From Eremomyces bilateralis CBS 781.70 (taxonomy: Eukaryota), in the NCBI GenBank assembly GCA_010015585.1, contig ML975158.1: a stretch of DNA of 64,000 nucleotides; one strand, written 5' to 3'. A program made the position numbers and the translations under genes. Positions within the stretch are counted from its first letter, which is position 1. The number at the start of each line of letters is the position of its first letter. The notes below the pieces were generated by a model, which was not told where the DNA came from, searched no databases, and saw only the letters and a program-made list of their open reading frames with translations. Below, one piece after another: positions 49,825 to 62,977 of this stretch.

Positions 49825-52800
49825 ATGGTAATCCCACCATCTACCGGCGGCGCGAGCAATGCGTCCGCTTCCCTCGCGCCTGCCGTTTCGTCCTTCCGCG
49901 CCGTCAATGCCCCTCAACCCGCCGTTGCACACGATCCAAATCCTGTCGTCGAAGGATGGCGCACCATGTCACCTGCCAACGGCTTTACCTCCATCCAGGC
50001 TCAAGCTGCCGCCGCTGGAGCGACCCCGAACGGCATATCAACACCGACGGGCTCGGTCCAGGGATCGTCGCAAAAGCAGCACGTGAACGGATCCGCGAAT
50101 GCCCCATCGAGCGCAGGCCAGCGAACCCGCGTGGGGAACCTCATCCCGGTGAATCCTCAAGCACCGCCGAATAGCACGGGCGGAGGGTTTCCGTTGAGTT
50201 CAAGAAAGGCTCTTCCTCTAGATCTGGCTACGGTCGAACGACGATTGCCGCCGCAGGATGGGCTCCCGCCCGGGTCGAATGGGCGCGCAATGCCGGAACC
50301 GATTAAGATGTCGAGGCATTTCGGACTGGATGAGGCACCGACGTATCGGCCCACCGAAGAGGAGTTCGCGAAACCGTTCGATTTCATACGAAGCATCGCC
50401 GAAGAAGGCCGGCGGTATGGCATCGTGAAGATCATTCCACCGGACACATGGAATCCACCATTCACGATCGATACAGAAGTAAGGATCTCGCATGGCTGTC
50501 TCACGTGAAATAACCATACTCACCACTCGCAGAAATTCCATTTCCGGACTCGAAGACAGGAACTCAATGAGGTGGAAGGGAGCAACCGAGAAAATGTCAC
50601 ATATCTCGAAGCACTTGCCAAGTTCCACAAGCAGAACAGCAACACCAACCTCAATCGATTTCCTAGCGTCGATAAGCGTCCCCTCGACTTATATCGCCTC
50701 AAGCGCCTCGTGGAAGAGAAAGGAGGTTTCGACACCGTATGCAAAGGCAAACGATGGGCCGAGATTGGCCGAGACTTGGGATACAGCGGCAAAATCATGT
50801 CGTCTCTGTCGACGAGCTTGAAGAACTCCTACCAAAAATGGCTGCAGCCGTTCGAAGAGTATATCCGACTCAACAAACATACCGTGCGATATCAACAAGA
50901 ACTCGACAATGGCGGACCCTACACTCCGAGTCCTGGACCGAGTCCCGTCAAACAAAGCCCCCCGACAGCCATAACCGGCATGTCTCCCGCTGCACGAGCA
51001 TCACAGGCACTCCATGCGACTCTTCAAAACGGAGCTCCTCCTGCTTTCGAACCACAACCCCAAGAAGTGTCTCACGAAACCCCACCTCGACCATTCCCGT
51101 CCTCGGGATTTACAGCGGTCAACTCCGGGTTCACTGCCGTTAATGCTCCCCAACACTCCCCACCTGCACCTGCGCCCACCCAACAAAGCCTCACCGGCTC
51201 CTTCCCCGCCATCAATTTCCCCAACGGCATCACCAACGGCGGCGACACTGGACGCTCTACCCCAATGACCACCGGCAGTCCAATGGGTAGCGCAAAAGGC
51301 ACTCCGGATCTTCGCGATGCCTACGGTGTCGGCCACATCCCCAACGGCCACCTCAACCCCCTCAAACGGACCGACTCCGAATTAAGCAACGAAGACCCCT
51401 CTGGGCGACGAAGCAAACGAGTGAAGCGGGAAAACGCACCCACCGTGGTCGGCTCGTTCATGTCGCAGCCGAAGCAGCCTATCAAAACGCCTGGCCTCCG
51501 CGACCGGGTCATCACCCCTGGTGAGGCTTGTGAAATATGCGGGAAGATGGATACACCACTGCACGGGTGTGACGGCTGCGATAGCGTGTATCATGAGGGC
51601 TGTCTCGACGAGAAAAACCGCCCAGCTTCGGACGGCGAATGGCATTGTCCGAAGTGTCTGGTCGGAACGGGAGAGTACGGGTTCCAAGACGGATATATCT
51701 ACTCGCTGAAGCAGTTCCAAGAGAAGGCACGCTTGTTCAAAGAGAATCACTTCGCGTCGAAGATGGTGTTCGATCCGATCGCGAACAAGAAGCGAGACGT
51801 CCCGGAAGATGAAGTGGAGCGCGAGTTCTGGAGATTGGCCGAGAGCTTGACGGAGTCGGTCGAAGTCGAGTATGGCGCGGACATCCACTCGGGTATCCAT
51901 GGAAGCGGGTTCCCGACGATCGAAAAATTCCCTGACGAGCGATACTCGCGAGATCCATGGAACCTGAACAACATGCCCTTGGACAAGGAATCGCTTTTCC
52001 GACACATCAAGTCCGACATCTCCGGCATGACTGTGCCGTGGGTGTACGTGGGGATGTGCTTCTCGTGCTTCTGCTGGCACGCCGAAGATCATAATTCCTA
52101 CTCCATCAACTACCAACATTTTGGAGATACTAAAACGTGGTATGGCATACCCGCCGACTCGTTCGAGGCGTTCGAGCGAGCCACCAAGGAGTTGGCACCA
52201 GATTTGACCGAGAAGCAACCAGATCTGCTCTACCAGCTGGTGACGCTATTCACGCCAGACAAGCTGCGTAAGTACGGTGTCAACGTCTACGCAGCCGATC
52301 AACGAGCTGGACAATTCATCGTTACCTTTCCACAGGCCTATCATGCCGGGTTCAATCATGGCTTCAACCTCAACGAAGCGGTAAACTTCGCACCGAGTGA
52401 CTGGGAACCGTACGGCGAGACCGGCGTCCTCCGACTCCGCGACTTCCGACGACCGCCATGCTTCTCCCACGATGAATTACTCGTGACGGCCGCTGCACGC
52501 GACCATAGCATCAAAACGGCACGGTGGCTTGGCCCTGCGCTGGAGCGCATGCTGGAACGGGAGCTCCTCGCGCGGGAGGATTTCAAGACGCGTCACATGG
52601 CGGCGATGAAGGAGCGTTGGGAAGACAGACGATTGGAGCTGGGGCTATACAGCGATCCGCAACCCGGGGTCAATCGGCCTCTGGAACTTCTAGGTGGCCC
52701 ACCTGAAGGTCTGGAATTGCTCGACCATGTCTGCAAGCTTTTTGACAAGGATCATGTCCCGGTCACGACAAGTAGTTGCTCCCTGCTGTTCGCCAAAGAA

Positions 52801-55595
52801 GATCCGACGGTCAGCGAGGAAGACTACGTGTGCTCATACTGCAACTCGTACTCATTCCTGTCAAGGTTCTACTGCGCAACAGCGAAAAAGTCCTTCTGTC
52901 TCATCCACGCTGGAACGGTCGAGTGCTGCGGTGAGACGAACTGGCTATTTACGTCGCGATCCCTGTATGACTCGGAGATCCCGGCACATGGCACGGAGAT
53001 CGGGCATCACATCGCCTTCTTCCGACACCAAGACGACGCGTTGAAAGAGATCGTGCAGAAGGTGGTCGACGTCGCCATCACTCCGAACAACTGGGAGAAG
53101 AAGCTCGAGAAAGTGTGCCACGAGACTGCGACCCCCCAATTACGGACGCTCCGCAGCTTGCTTGCTGAGGGCGAGAAGATCAACGCGCAATGGCCGATTG
53201 GCGAAGAATTGACGCATCTGAAGCGTTTCGTCGAGCGATGCAATGAATGGGTGGACGAGGCCACCGGATACGTTACTCGCAAGCAGCAAAACCGCCGAAA
53301 GAACGAGAAGGTCTGGCGTCGCAGCACGATCGGCAGTCGCAACAAGTACGACGACGACGATCGAGACAAGGAGTACCGGAACGTCGATCACCTGACGACT
53401 CTGCTGTCGCGGGCGGCTGAGCTCGGATTCGATTGTTCCGAGATCGGGCAGCTGCAGGAGCGCAAAGAGCGGATTGAGGAGTTCCAGGACAACGCACGAA
53501 AAGCCCTGGCGGATCCCCGCTCGCAGGACGTCAAGGACCTCGATGACTTGCTGGAAGTTGGACGAAGTTTCGGTTTGGACATCCCCGAAATGGAACGGCT
53601 GGATCGACTGGTGCAGCAGATCAAGTGGTGGAACCGAGCGCAGGACCTGACAAACAATATCGAAAACTTGACGCTCGAAGACCTGGCGGAGTTCTTGAAC
53701 AAAGCCACCGAGGTGGGCATTCCAGAGGCGGACCCGGTGCTTTACTACATCAAGGAGTTGAAGAACCAGGGAGAGTTCTGGGAGAACAAGGCCAAGGAAC
53801 TCATGTCTGTCGAAAACGTGCACTACCAACAACTGGACGCGTTGTCGAAGCAGGCAGCCCAGCTCCCCGTATCCAAGACCACCTTGGCAAAGGTCGATGC
53901 GATCCTGAAGAAACAGCGCGACGCCCAAGACCAGATCCAGAATCTTCTCGATCGCAGCAAGAACCCCGACTTCCGCCAGCGACCCAAGTACACCGAAGTG
54001 CGCGATGCGATGGAAGCGGTCAACCAGCTCAACTCGAAGCCCGCGGGGACGATCGACCTGGAGAAAGAGCAGCGACGCCACGAAGACTGGATGCGGCGCG
54101 GGAAGAAGCTGTTCGGGAAGGCGAACGCGCCGCTGCATATCCTGCTCCAGCACATGAAGTACGTGGATGAACGGAACAAGGCATGCTTCGACCTGAGCGA
54201 TCAGCCACGCATGCCCGTGGAGCCGAGCAGTCGCGAACACACGCCGAACGAGGACCAGCCGCAGAGCCAGAGGGATGTGTTTTGTATTTGCCGGAAGCCG
54301 GAGGCGGGGATGATGGTGGAGTGTGAGCTGTGTCACGAATGGTGAGTCGATATCCACAATCTCAATTTCGTCCTAACGTCCGCAGGTATCACGGTCGCTG
54401 CTTGAAGATCGCTCGCGGAAAACTCCGAGAAGACGACAAATACACCTGTCCTATTTGCGATCACCGCGTCACCATCCCCCGCGATGCGGCGCGACCCAAG
54501 CTCGAAGACTGCGTTGACTGGCAAGTCGAGATTCCGGGCCTCCCTTTCCAACCGGAAGAAGAGGAGTGTCTGGCATCCATCCGTGACACCGCCACCGCCT
54601 TCCGCAACTTCATGCAGTCCTTCATGAACCCGATGCTGAGCAACCCCGACGAGCTGACCACGCAGCGCTTCTATCTCCGCAAGCTCGAAGGCGCCGACAT
54701 CCTCCTCTCCGCAGAGATCAACTTCTTCCGCCAGGAACTGCACAAATGGGCCCCCGTCGCCCCGGACCCGCCCCGCATGATTGCTGCGAGCCTGTCAACC
54801 CGCAAACCGCGACCGACCAAGCAGCAGAAGCTCATGCAGCAGTACGGCGTCTCCACCCCGGATGATCTGCCTGCGCACATCCGCATCCGTGGCTCGGGCC
54901 GCGGACGGAAAGCATCCGATGCGCACAGCGTCACGCGGCCCCAGTCGGCGGGAAGCTCGCACGCTAGTGCCCCGCCGTTCGGAGGCACGCCGATCCCCGG
55001 GGCGGCTGCCGGTGCCGGCCGTGGGCGCGGCGGCCATTACCAGTCCGAGGGTCGGCCTCACTCGAACTCCATGTCCGCCTCCGGAGACCACGCCATGCAA
55101 TCACCCAGCGTGACGTACCACCATCACCACCATCACCGACCGTCACTAGGCCTCGTGGGCCACCCCGACGGCGCGGATGGACCCGCGGGGATGCCGAGCG
55201 ATGGACTCGGGCCCGCGCATGCACACCAACCCCCGCGCGACCAAAGCCCCCCGCTGTTCTTCTCGGCGTCCAGCGAGACGCACCCCCGCGACCCCAGCGT
55301 CGCCATGTCGATGCCCCTGCCGCCGACGACGCTCTCGCACGTCGACGACATCGTGATGAACGACGGGCCGTATTTCTCGGGGCACTACGCGATGGGGGGA
55401 CCGAGCACCGGGGGACGGGGGGTCGGGGCGGAGGAGGCGGTGGATCCAATGATCGATCCCGGGTTGATGGAGGGGCAGGGGCCGGAAGGGGAGGGGGGGA
55501 ACGAGGATAGTTTCGTGAGTGGGGGGAGTGGGGATATGTTTAAGGAGATGATGAATATGGAGGAGGATGGGGATGGGGAGAAAGAGAGGGGGTGA
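49825..55595 (+). CDS. KDM5: JmjN/ARID/PHD/JmjC/C5HC2/PLU-1 H3K4 demethylase (KDM5/Lid2/Rum1-like)
   Basis: APTYRPTEEEF (JmjN), LDLYRLK (ARID), PHD, VEYGADIHS and FCWHAEDH (JmjC), plus a second PHD split by an intron. Confidence 0.95.
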
Positions 55596-57538
55596 GGGTT
55601 GCATCCCCCCGAAACGAAACGAATCGCCCTCGATGTCTTCATCATTTCTTCTCTTTCCCCTTCAGCACTTCCGTGCTTTGCATTGCTGCGGCGTTCTCCC
55701 CTTTCGAGATGATGATCTTTTCTATTCGGTCCCTCCCGCTCGGAGCAAGGACCCGCATCTTCCTTCGATCTGATTACCGATCTGATCACCGAAGATCTGG
55801 CATCATTCATCGTGCATCAACCATCAAGATACATGTATCCGGGTTTCCTACCTATCGGAGCACCCCAGGAGACTCATCACCATCTGCGACTTATCGCGTG
55901 CTGCGACGTGTATCATGGTGCATTCTCGGGTGGCACGCAAAATACTTTCTTCGCCTAATTACAGATTTTCTCGGGACATGGGACGGGGCGTCGACTTCAT
56001 GGGTTCCCTCAGCGTCTATCTGTAGGGATCAGGATGGGAACTGCGATCGGCGCATAATAATGTTCCATGGTTTCAATGCTTCTTTCCCAACAAGCCATGT
56101 TCGTGCTTTATCGCATGTACTTCTAGTTCTGCTTAATGGACGTAGACATGCTACGGTCAATTCTACCGTTTCTACTTGCTGTGCCTGATCCAGCCTTCTG
56201 CAAAGCGTGAACCCGCCTAACCTTTTACCATGTCTATGTTAAATTCGAGTGACACCGATCTGGGTGGATTGGGATTTGAGCGACGGTAAGATCTGAGTGA
56301 TGTGGAATTATGCGATCGGTTCATGGCTCGAATCGGGCCTTAGACGTCTATGGATCACTTTCAGCCGCTGTAATCACGGTTTAATGAATTTTGAACATAA
56401 AATAGCAGTGACGGTAGACGATTCCAGCGGGCGGTAAACACTTCAACGATTTCAAAATGAAATAAGTGGCAATGGACAACCCTAGCAAACCTACTTTGGA
56501 TTGGCTGCGACGGGCAGTTTCGATAATTAGCTGACTTCTTATTCTCTACTGATTCTGACTACTCATCTCTCACGACGTCTCCTAATTGTCACTTTGATGG
56601 TCATATCGCGTCATATAGTTAAAATTGCACTGATCAGGACTATAATTGGGCAGATTTGATCAGCACCTATGAGTATGCTCTTTAATAGTGGCCTTTGAGC
56701 CTGAGGCCTACAAACCGTTCCGAGTGAAATCTACCAACGGTCCCAGTGACAATCCTGGAGTAGAGTAGTATAACCCAGCCAAGCCGAAAACCCTCCAAAA
56801 ACGGTGCTAGAAACATGTTTTTTTGGAGGCAATTTCGGTAGCATACAACGTTACTCCTTAGCATGGTAAAGATAAAAGATGTTGCATACGTAGTACTAGT
56901 AGAGTTCCCAATCAGGCTTAACTCCTTCCTGTCAACAGTGAATGGGCCAAACTCCGTCCCCTGAGCGATTGAGGCCTGAGCCACGCTATGGTAGGATTTG
57001 AGATTTCTGGATTGGTTATTGGTACTCTAGCCCGACAGCCCGGCTCGGGCCGCTCAGAAGTGAGACACCAGACAACGCATAGTCGTCACGGTCGAGAATG
57101 GGTAGCGTTTATAATAATTCTTCATCTTTGCTCAATCATCAATGACCAATGTTAAATTCATATTAAGCTCTCTTGCCTAAAACCTAGGCCCAAAGCTCCC
57201 AATCTAGTTCGTGAGCTCCATTATAGGGGCGGAAAAGAGCTACATCAAGGATAATGACTAATTATAGCGCGCAGGAATTTCCCATATATATAGTAAGGCT
57301 GAGACTTGGCCAAGAAGCCCAAGAAGTTTTCACCCCTAACGGGACGCTCCGGACCAATCCACTGACACTAATAGCTAATTGGTGGCTTTGTGTAACTACT
57401 GTATAGAATTAGAGTTCAGGTTGCGTCTTTTACCTACGAATCCTAATTGAGTTCGAGAAGTTCTGTTGAAAGCAGTGTCGCTCACAGTCCCGCAGTGACT
57501 GATTTCGGTCAGAATTATTCCAAATGAATAACTATCGC

Positions 57539-57590
57539 GAGGGCTATGGTATGATCCTTCAAGAGGGCTATGGTATGATCCTTCAAGAGG
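57539..57590. repeat. Perfect 24-bp tandem duplication
   Basis: GAGGGCTATGGTATGATCCTTCAA twice, followed by GAGG. Confidence 0.95.
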
Positions 57591-57720
57591 CCCTACTCTT
57601 GAAAATTTTGGAGGACGATATACTTACGAGTAAGCGTCGTGGGGCTCAAAAGGCTGAAACATCATGGAAACCTCCTTTTTCCATCCATAGCTTCGTCCTT
57701 GTTTTCCGCTCAATTGGATG

Positions 57721-57796
57721 GGCCAGTACAGACGCTGAGGCTTTCGTTCTTCAGATAGGCCAGTACAGGTGCTGAGGCTTTTGACCCTTTCAGACT
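57721..57796. repeat. Imperfect ~37-bp tandem duplication
   Basis: GGCCAGTACAG..GCTGAGGCTTT...TCAGA at 57721 and 57758. Confidence 0.85.
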
Positions 57797-57977
57797 AGCT
57801 ATCTTGATTCGTCGACAGCCCGGTCTCATCTGGTAACGCAGCCTTGTCCTATTTCCGTTTATGCTATATTACTACCATCACTCAAGCGGTTTGCCTAGAA
57901 GTAATGTCTTTTTTCTATTTTCATTTTCTTGCCGTGTTTTCTAACTTAGCATCTCCTACTTAAACTCTATCTTCATT

Positions 57978-60299
57978 ATGTCCGGCCTAAGGCTGCCCCT
58001 TATAGGGTGGCTAGGGTACCTCCGCATCTTTCTTCGCACTATTGGGCTTCATGTGTTGAATTCTGTCGACCGCTGGTTCCTCCAAAAAGCTGCAGGCGAA
58101 CAGCCCAAAGCAGTCATTTACAAATCACGGTTCATCGCCCTTTTCCGATGCTGTATCCATATTGTGCCAGCGACGCTGTCCATTTTTCTCCTCTCAATAA
58201 CTTTTTGCGGATATTTCATAGGGTGGGATTTAGCAGGAACCCCTGGAAATTCAAGAACATATCTATCGGTTCTCCAAGTGGCAGCAAAGACACAGTAACT
58301 TTTGATTACGGGCTCTATCGCATCTATCGTCCTCCATAAGCTCCGTACGGATCTAGTTCGAGACGGAGTCCCTTTGGCCTCCTTGGCTCCGCACTAAGCT
58401 TCAGTCAACTGAGCTTCTTCTGGACCCAAGATTTTATTGGTGCAGTATCCTCGAAAGCCAACTGCAAAGCAAACCGAGGTCTCATATTTTACCTATTCAT
58501 CACCGGACTACTAGCAACTTCGACTGGCCCGGCATCAGCGATTTTGATGATCGCAAGAAAAGTCGAGATGCCGGCTGGAGGAACATCGTATTATGTCAAA
58601 GGGAGCGCTAGTCAACTTTGGCCCGATACCATTGGGATTGAACATTATGATCCGTTCCCTGAATTGAATTCGGGAGCCGGGAAGTTCCAGTGCATGTCGC
58701 ATCATGCACATTTGAGCTCGTTCTGCCCTAACGGAGGGTATCATTCACTGATGGAGCAATTTTCCTCTATGCTTGGCTCTTATTGTATCCTGGCGTTAGT
58801 CCAGACCGCCTGAATATCCGGGGAAATCGACAGCACACCACGGGGAGCCTCTCATGCTCCCTTCTGGTGTTGGCGTTTTGATTCGGAGCCTTGAGGGGAT
58901 GGTATCCTCATTTACAATGGATGGCAGAATTCGTGGCTCGCACGGCGAACGTGAGACTATTACAGTTGGTACGCACGCACCAACGATTCTTCTGCAACAG
59001 AGACTCAATAAGGACTGGACCGATGCTTTATATAACAAACACCTTCCGGGACCCAGTTACTCTCGACTCAAGTACTACGAAACACAACGAGCGGTCGTAC
59101 TCACTCGAGTGCCTGTTGTCCGATGTGTATGTGTGCTGCAAGACCCGAATGCCACGACTCGCAGGATTTTTATGCCTGTATTGCCAGAATTCAAACGCGC
59201 AACTTCGGAGGACAAATGGGTAAATGAGGTTGTATTGGTCACCATCTCCAGTTTAGCAACTCACACATTCTCCAAAGCGGCCCGAGTCTCCTGGGTCGAC
59301 CAGAATATAACAGGATTTCCTCCAGAACATCGTATGACAACTGGACTCCTCTTTGAGGCCCCTTGGGGAAGCAACCAAAGCCGAAGTGCATTTGGATGCT
59401 CTATCGATGCACGCTGGGCGAACGCAGATACCATTATTGAATATCCGGGCTTCTCCGAGTCTAGGATCACGGCCACGATGCGTGATAAGCCGGACAATGG
59501 GTTCATTAATAGTTTTCTTCCACATCCAGAGCCATCGGCCGGATGGAGTCGCATAAACGTAACCCCGGAGTGGCTAGAAACCGTGAATTTCAAGCTGCCA
59601 TCGAACTCTAGCGGCAAATACGAACCACGATGAACCGCTTTAAAGGCTCTTATCATTGCCCCTGTGGGGGATTGGTTGCAAAATGTGGCGAAGATCCCGT
59701 CAATATCAAATGACACTGCGGCTACCATGGAACATGTCATTGCCACTACGTTTGCCGATGCGTTACCCAGAGTTGGGAGTTTTCGAGGCTATGATACCTC
59801 AGAGACGATTAATGATACGGGAATCTCAAGGTCCCCCTTTAATTATCGACGTGAAGACGGCTTCTACCAGAAACCCCTAAAAGGGAAACGAGCACTCAAA
59901 GCTCCCGTCGTCTCTGGCCCTTATACGACTATGAATATGACTATTACGGTCACTGGCTATGGATTTCAGCTCCAAGCGGCCATAGATTACCTGGAGGTCG
60001 GAATCCTATGTATCTATATAGCGATAGCTTTCTACCACAGGATATACATATTCTGTAAGGGGGAGAATTCGGGTAGTTGGGATACAGTGCCAGAACTGAT
60101 TGCTCTGGCAGAGCAAAGTCGACCGACATCAAAAGGTCTAGCGAACACATGCCCTGGAATTGATTGTCTAAGTACCTTAAGACAAAGAGTCCGAGTTTGA
60201 CCGAGAGGTACAACTGGGGACCACCTGGCGCTACTGTTTGATGCAGACAACCCTCCTGAAAAAGAGGATTCTGTCATTGATGGACAACTCTATGGGTAA
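57978..60299 (+). pseudogene. Disrupted gene for a fungal hypothetical membrane protein
   Basis: Protein-like reading (HIVP, LQVAAK, SFFW, GPASAILMI, SWDTVPELIALA, GQLYG*) is broken by in-frame stops at 58296, 59631 and 60198 and by frameshifts near 58375 and ~58800. It appears intronless. Confidence 0.8.
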
Positions 60300-60310
60300 A
60301 AGTCTAGTAC

Positions 60311-60550
60311 TGTTATAGTCCCAGGCTTGTGGCCTGCACCCTTGGGAACATGTTATAGCTGATGCTACAGAGGAGTACCTGAAAGGATTATCACAGGAAG
60401 TGATCATGTGTATGGATTGGTTAGCACTGGAGGAGATGGATTATATCTCATGTATATATGTACGAGAAGACTTTCTCTCGTCTCTTCTTTTCTTTAGTTT
60501 GGATTAATGGAACTAGGTAATTGCGGACATCACAGTCTGAAACTGTGACA
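60311..60550 (+). mobile_element. Probable LTR remnant of a Ty3/gypsy-type retrotransposon
   Basis: 240-bp segment from TGTTATAG to CTGTGACA. The 5' end equals the inverted 3' end (TGTCACAG) with two CpA>TpA changes. Internal TATATA at 60453. No TSD is seen. Confidence 0.55.
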
Positions 60551-61663
60551 AGATTAGAGTATCTCTCTTACCGGTAGCAACCATATCAGGTATCTTCTCC
60601 TCTTACTTCTCTCTTCTGCTTTAATCTCATATTCTAACCCTTCCTCTCTTCCTCGCTATCGCACAATTAGCTAACTTATTTACTTACCATCTCGCCTAGC
60701 GCTCACCGAGATCTACACCGTTGTATGATCAGGCAAAATCTCACTCATATCATAATAGCGATCACATCAGGAATCTCCTCTCACTTCTCTCCTGCTTAAC
60801 TCTTATATTCCGAACCATAGCCTCTTCATCACCATCACCGAACTTACCCCTTTCGCCTTCCCATATATGGCATTCGCCCCGATCAACACGATCACGTCAT
60901 GGTTCGTACACGAAATCTCACTTAACCATCAGATTTGGAGCGCCGAGTCACCGCTTCTGCACGCATGTAAGGGGAAAGCACCCTCCTTCCTTCACTTCAC
61001 TTCTAACCAACCGTTGCACATCCCCCCTCAATCGCCAAACATCGAGAATTAGCAGGATGACTTGAGTCTCTGTTTGATAAGGAAGACTTCTCCTTCCTAG
61101 TATAGGATCCGAGCGTCGGGGGAATGGAGCGAAGCGAAATGGGGGAGGAATCCCCCTTAATCCTTGAAAGAGGAGGGCGGTAGCTGGATGCCTCAATCAG
61201 AAGGCTAAGACATTGCCTTAGGTAGCAGTGCGGCCACCTCTGATTTGAGATGAAGCCCCTCGACTACAAATTCTCTCCTTCCTCCTAATTGCCACCTCGA
61301 CTGTCACATCGTATGGTTGAAATTCCACTGATCACGACTGAAACGGGCGGATTTGATCCACGAATTGTGTGTGAGTAGATGTAGACTTACCCTGTCCGAC
61401 CCCTCCAAAGGTCCCAAACCTGCCGGGAAACAAAAGTGAAGAGAGATCCGCCTTATGTACAATATGTTGACAACGGTGGAGGTCGAATGCCATAGCCCAA
61501 GCAGAAGGGCTTGTCCCCTTTTATCGCGCAATCCAAGTCGGCGCGTAGCGAAAGAGATTCCATGTTCCCGTTCGACGAACCTCCCGAGTAACGGCATTCG
61601 ACCCGCCCCACCCATGGTGTTCCATCCTCCACGCCCGATCACCACCACATCCCCTACCCCCGA

Positions 61664-62237
61664 TCACTTCTCAAAATCGCTCTTCTGCAAGTTCCGCGTC
61701 ATACTCGGCAACCGCACCACGATCCCATCCACCTCCTTACTCATCAACACCTGACATCCTAGCCGACTCGTCTCCGTCAGCCCGAACGCCAGATCCAGCA
61801 TGTCATTCTCGTCGTCCGATGGCTCCGGCAGTACGTCATAGGCAGCCTCGGAGTCCACGACCACGTGGCAGGTCGAGCACGCGCACGAGCCGCCGCATGC
61901 GCCCTCCATCTCGAGGTCGTTGGCTTGCGCAATGTCGAGGAGATTGTCGCCGTCGGCAACGGTGAAGGTATGGGAGGAGCCGTCTTTGTCGATGAAGGTG
62001 ACGTGGCGTCTGGAGAGGAGGGTTAGTGGATTGGTGGACGGGAAGTTAGGGAAGGGAGAGGTACTCTTCACCGGGTTTCGGGGGTGTGAGGTGGGCGTGG
62101 GAGCGGGTGGAAGAAGTGGTGAATGTTCTTCGGGCGGAACGCCATTGCGTGGAGGGTGTGGTTTGGGACGATGATGGGACTCTCCTGGCTCTTGAAGGCT
62201 GTGTTATCCGTGTTGCGGATTGAATGGTGGAATACAT
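61664..62237 (-). CDS. YAH1: Mitochondrial [2Fe-2S] ferredoxin (adrenodoxin-like)
   Basis: MEGACGGSCACSTCHV, DMLDLAFGLTETSRLGCQ and an Arg/Ser/Thr-rich presequence. One intron. An alternative upstream ATG lies at 62333. Confidence 0.95.
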
Positions 62238-62977
62238 GGAGCGGAAGTGTTGGAAGGCATAGTGTGGTGGATTCGGCGCCGCTCTTCTTAAACGCGTCGC
62301 GGAGATATCGGGGACGATTCTTCGGATTGACATGTTCAATTGTCACAAAACCCGATCGTGCTATAACCGTCCACAGCGGCAATCGTCGAGAAGATCCGAA
62401 TGTGAGTGATGGTCCTGACGGATGTTAATAAATCTTCCTGTCAGTGACGATGTCGGAACTTTTCCAGCGCGGAAAGATTAGCCGCAGAGAGAGAGGGCTT
62501 GGTCATCGTCTAAAGTTGCCGAGATTCCCGTGCATAGCTCCCCTCCCTTGACAGTTGACTCTCTCCATCAAGAGCAACGTCTTACACCATCTATTCCAAC
62601 ATCTCCACTAACTACGGCTCTGTTACCTCAGGTCCTCTTGTCCTGACAAGTGCATGCTTCTAGGCATTCGTCCCCGCCTGAAAGCTCGTCCGTCTCTACT
62701 TGATTTGATCGAGAACGGAAGGTCGCACCGTTCCAATCCCCCTAGTCCGGAGGCTACGAGGAGCTCGACCTTTGGGAGACCCGCTGAGCTTTTCGACGTT
62801 GAATTCGCCATTGCAAGCGACGACCTCGAAGACCCGTTCGTCGAACTGCCGCCGTTGCCGGAGAGCCCTGTGAAGCCGGCCATCTCCCCTGGGATCCTTC
62901 CTGATATTGTTGTGAACGGCTCGGAAGTTGAGAAAGACGTCATTGAAGAGCTGCCTAAACAGAAGGAATCGGTCAAG

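Noticed and set aside
8335..55810. Many long antisense or overlapping ORFs (e.g. 9340-10305, 21903-22817, 42056-42808, 53140-54357)
   Set aside because: These are shadows of GC-rich, codon-biased real genes, with low-complexity translations and no motifs.
57539..57796. CRISPR-like repeats
   Set aside because: These are simple tandem duplications without spacers, in a eukaryotic context with no cas genes.
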